From assembly GCA_963693365.1 (NCBI GenBank), contig CAVNZM010000012.1, positions 9,056,001-9,120,000 on the forward strand: DNA of 64,000 nt, given 5' to 3'. Below, one piece after another: positions 63,128 through 64,000 of this stretch (position 1 is its first letter; every line of letters begins with the position of its first letter). The stretch comes from Amoebidium appalachense. Lineage: Eukaryota > Protista > Ichthyosporea. A model generated the notes under the pieces. It worked only from the letters and a program-made list of their open reading frames with translations. It had not been told where the DNA came from and did no database searches. The position numbers were made by a program, and so were the translations under genes.

Positions 63128-64000
63128 ACCCACCCACCCACCCACCCACCCACCCACCCAATGCAGGCACCAGTGAGAATGGCAGTCCCCCCGACTGCCC
63201 GTTGGGATTTTTCCGCACCAAAAGCGGTTGCTACTCGATGTGCAGTCGGGGCTTCCTCTTCATTCCGGGCCGGGGTTGCACGGCCCAGCCCGACCCGGAA
63301 ACCACAAACACCCCCACCCTGTCGTCTGCGACACCCTCCTTGGGTGCTGTTGCTGATGGTGTGAGTGTGGGGCAGCCCAGCCCTTCAGACCCCTACTGTG
63401 TGACTGTGAATAGGCGCCTGCTGCAGGTGGGGGACAGCTACATGGCAGGCATGTGTAGCCAGTGCTCGTGTGCACGTGGGGGGGTGGTCGTGTGCATAGA
63501 CACGTGCATCCCCTGCACCCTTCCAGACGGAACGGAAGTGGCCGAGGGGGCCACGGCCACACCCAGCGCCTGTCAGACATGCACATGCAGGGGTAGGGTG
63601 CTCACGTGCACACACACGTGCCCTGTGCCCAGTGGGGTGTCGTGCCGCAGCAAGGACGGCATTGTGCTTGTGGATGGATTCTCGGGGTGGATCGACACGT
63701 GCAATCGGTGTGACTGTAAGGCCGGCCAGCTGCTGTGTGCATACACGTGTGTGCTGCCTGGCGCCATAGCCCTGTCTCTCAGCCCCCCACAGCCGGAACC
63801 ACAACCACACCAACTTGTAGATACAAAGTCAGCATCGGCAGCACCAACCACCACCCAATCAGAATCTATAGCCGAGTCGACCTTGCCTACGTCATGGGTG
63901 CACATACCGTGCTATATGGAGGGTGGGTCAGTAATTCCGGACGGTGCACGTGGGTGGACGAGTTCGTGTGAGCTGTGCACGTGCACACAGGGCCGGCCTT
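61551..64000 (+). CDS. Secreted cysteine-rich protein with tandem VWC-like (C-x2-C-x-C-x2-G) repeats, 3' end beyond the window
   Basis: Exon 1 (61551-61614) encodes a signal peptide MRRHMAALLLAAHTFWATAAQG with donor gtaggt. Exon 2 runs from 63167 to the window end in matching phase with no stop: ...VGDSYMAGMCSQCSCARGGVVVC...EGATATPSACQTCTCRGRVLTC...DGFSGWIDTCNRCDCKAGQLLC...DGARGWTSSCELCTCTQG. Confidence 0.8.
62255..62652. repeat. 40-bp minisatellite x about 10 (CTCGGTGTGGTGTTTGTACTGTGTGCATGGGGCATTTATA)
   Basis: Units at 62421, 62461, 62501, 62541, 62581, 62621 plus more diverged units upstream; intronic. Confidence 0.9.

Overview
Eukaryotic, intron-rich genomic DNA full of (CA)n/(GT)n, (GA)n and poly-G/poly-C tracts; most ORFs in the supplied track are low-complexity artefacts. 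Gene content suggests an opisthokont protist, possibly a unicellular holozoan (inference only). By splicing exons by hand I recover a 12-exon AF10/AF17-like PZP (PHD-Zn knuckle-PHD) plus coiled-coil gene (9863-22156, -), SmB/SNRPB (35093-37585, +), APC13 (53304-57675, -), the 5' part of a secreted Cys-rich protein with VWC-like repeats (61551 to window end, +) and a partial TM/coiled-coil gene. Also present are an intronless PCL/Pho80-type cyclin and an F-box/LRR pseudogene. Two intronless BTB/KCTD paralogues lie in an approximately 3 kb inverted duplication bracketing about 35 kb. Mobile DNA includes the 5' part of an L1-like LINE (ORF1 plus the overlapping start of an APE-endonuclease ORF2), a decayed RT fragment and two MITEs. 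The most interesting signals are (CA)n/poly-C 3' splice sites with G/GT-rich intron 5' ends, a BTB protein with three tandem KCTD-CTD-like modules duplicated in inverted orientation, and a miniature AF10-like protein. All homology calls come from motif recognition; no database search was run.
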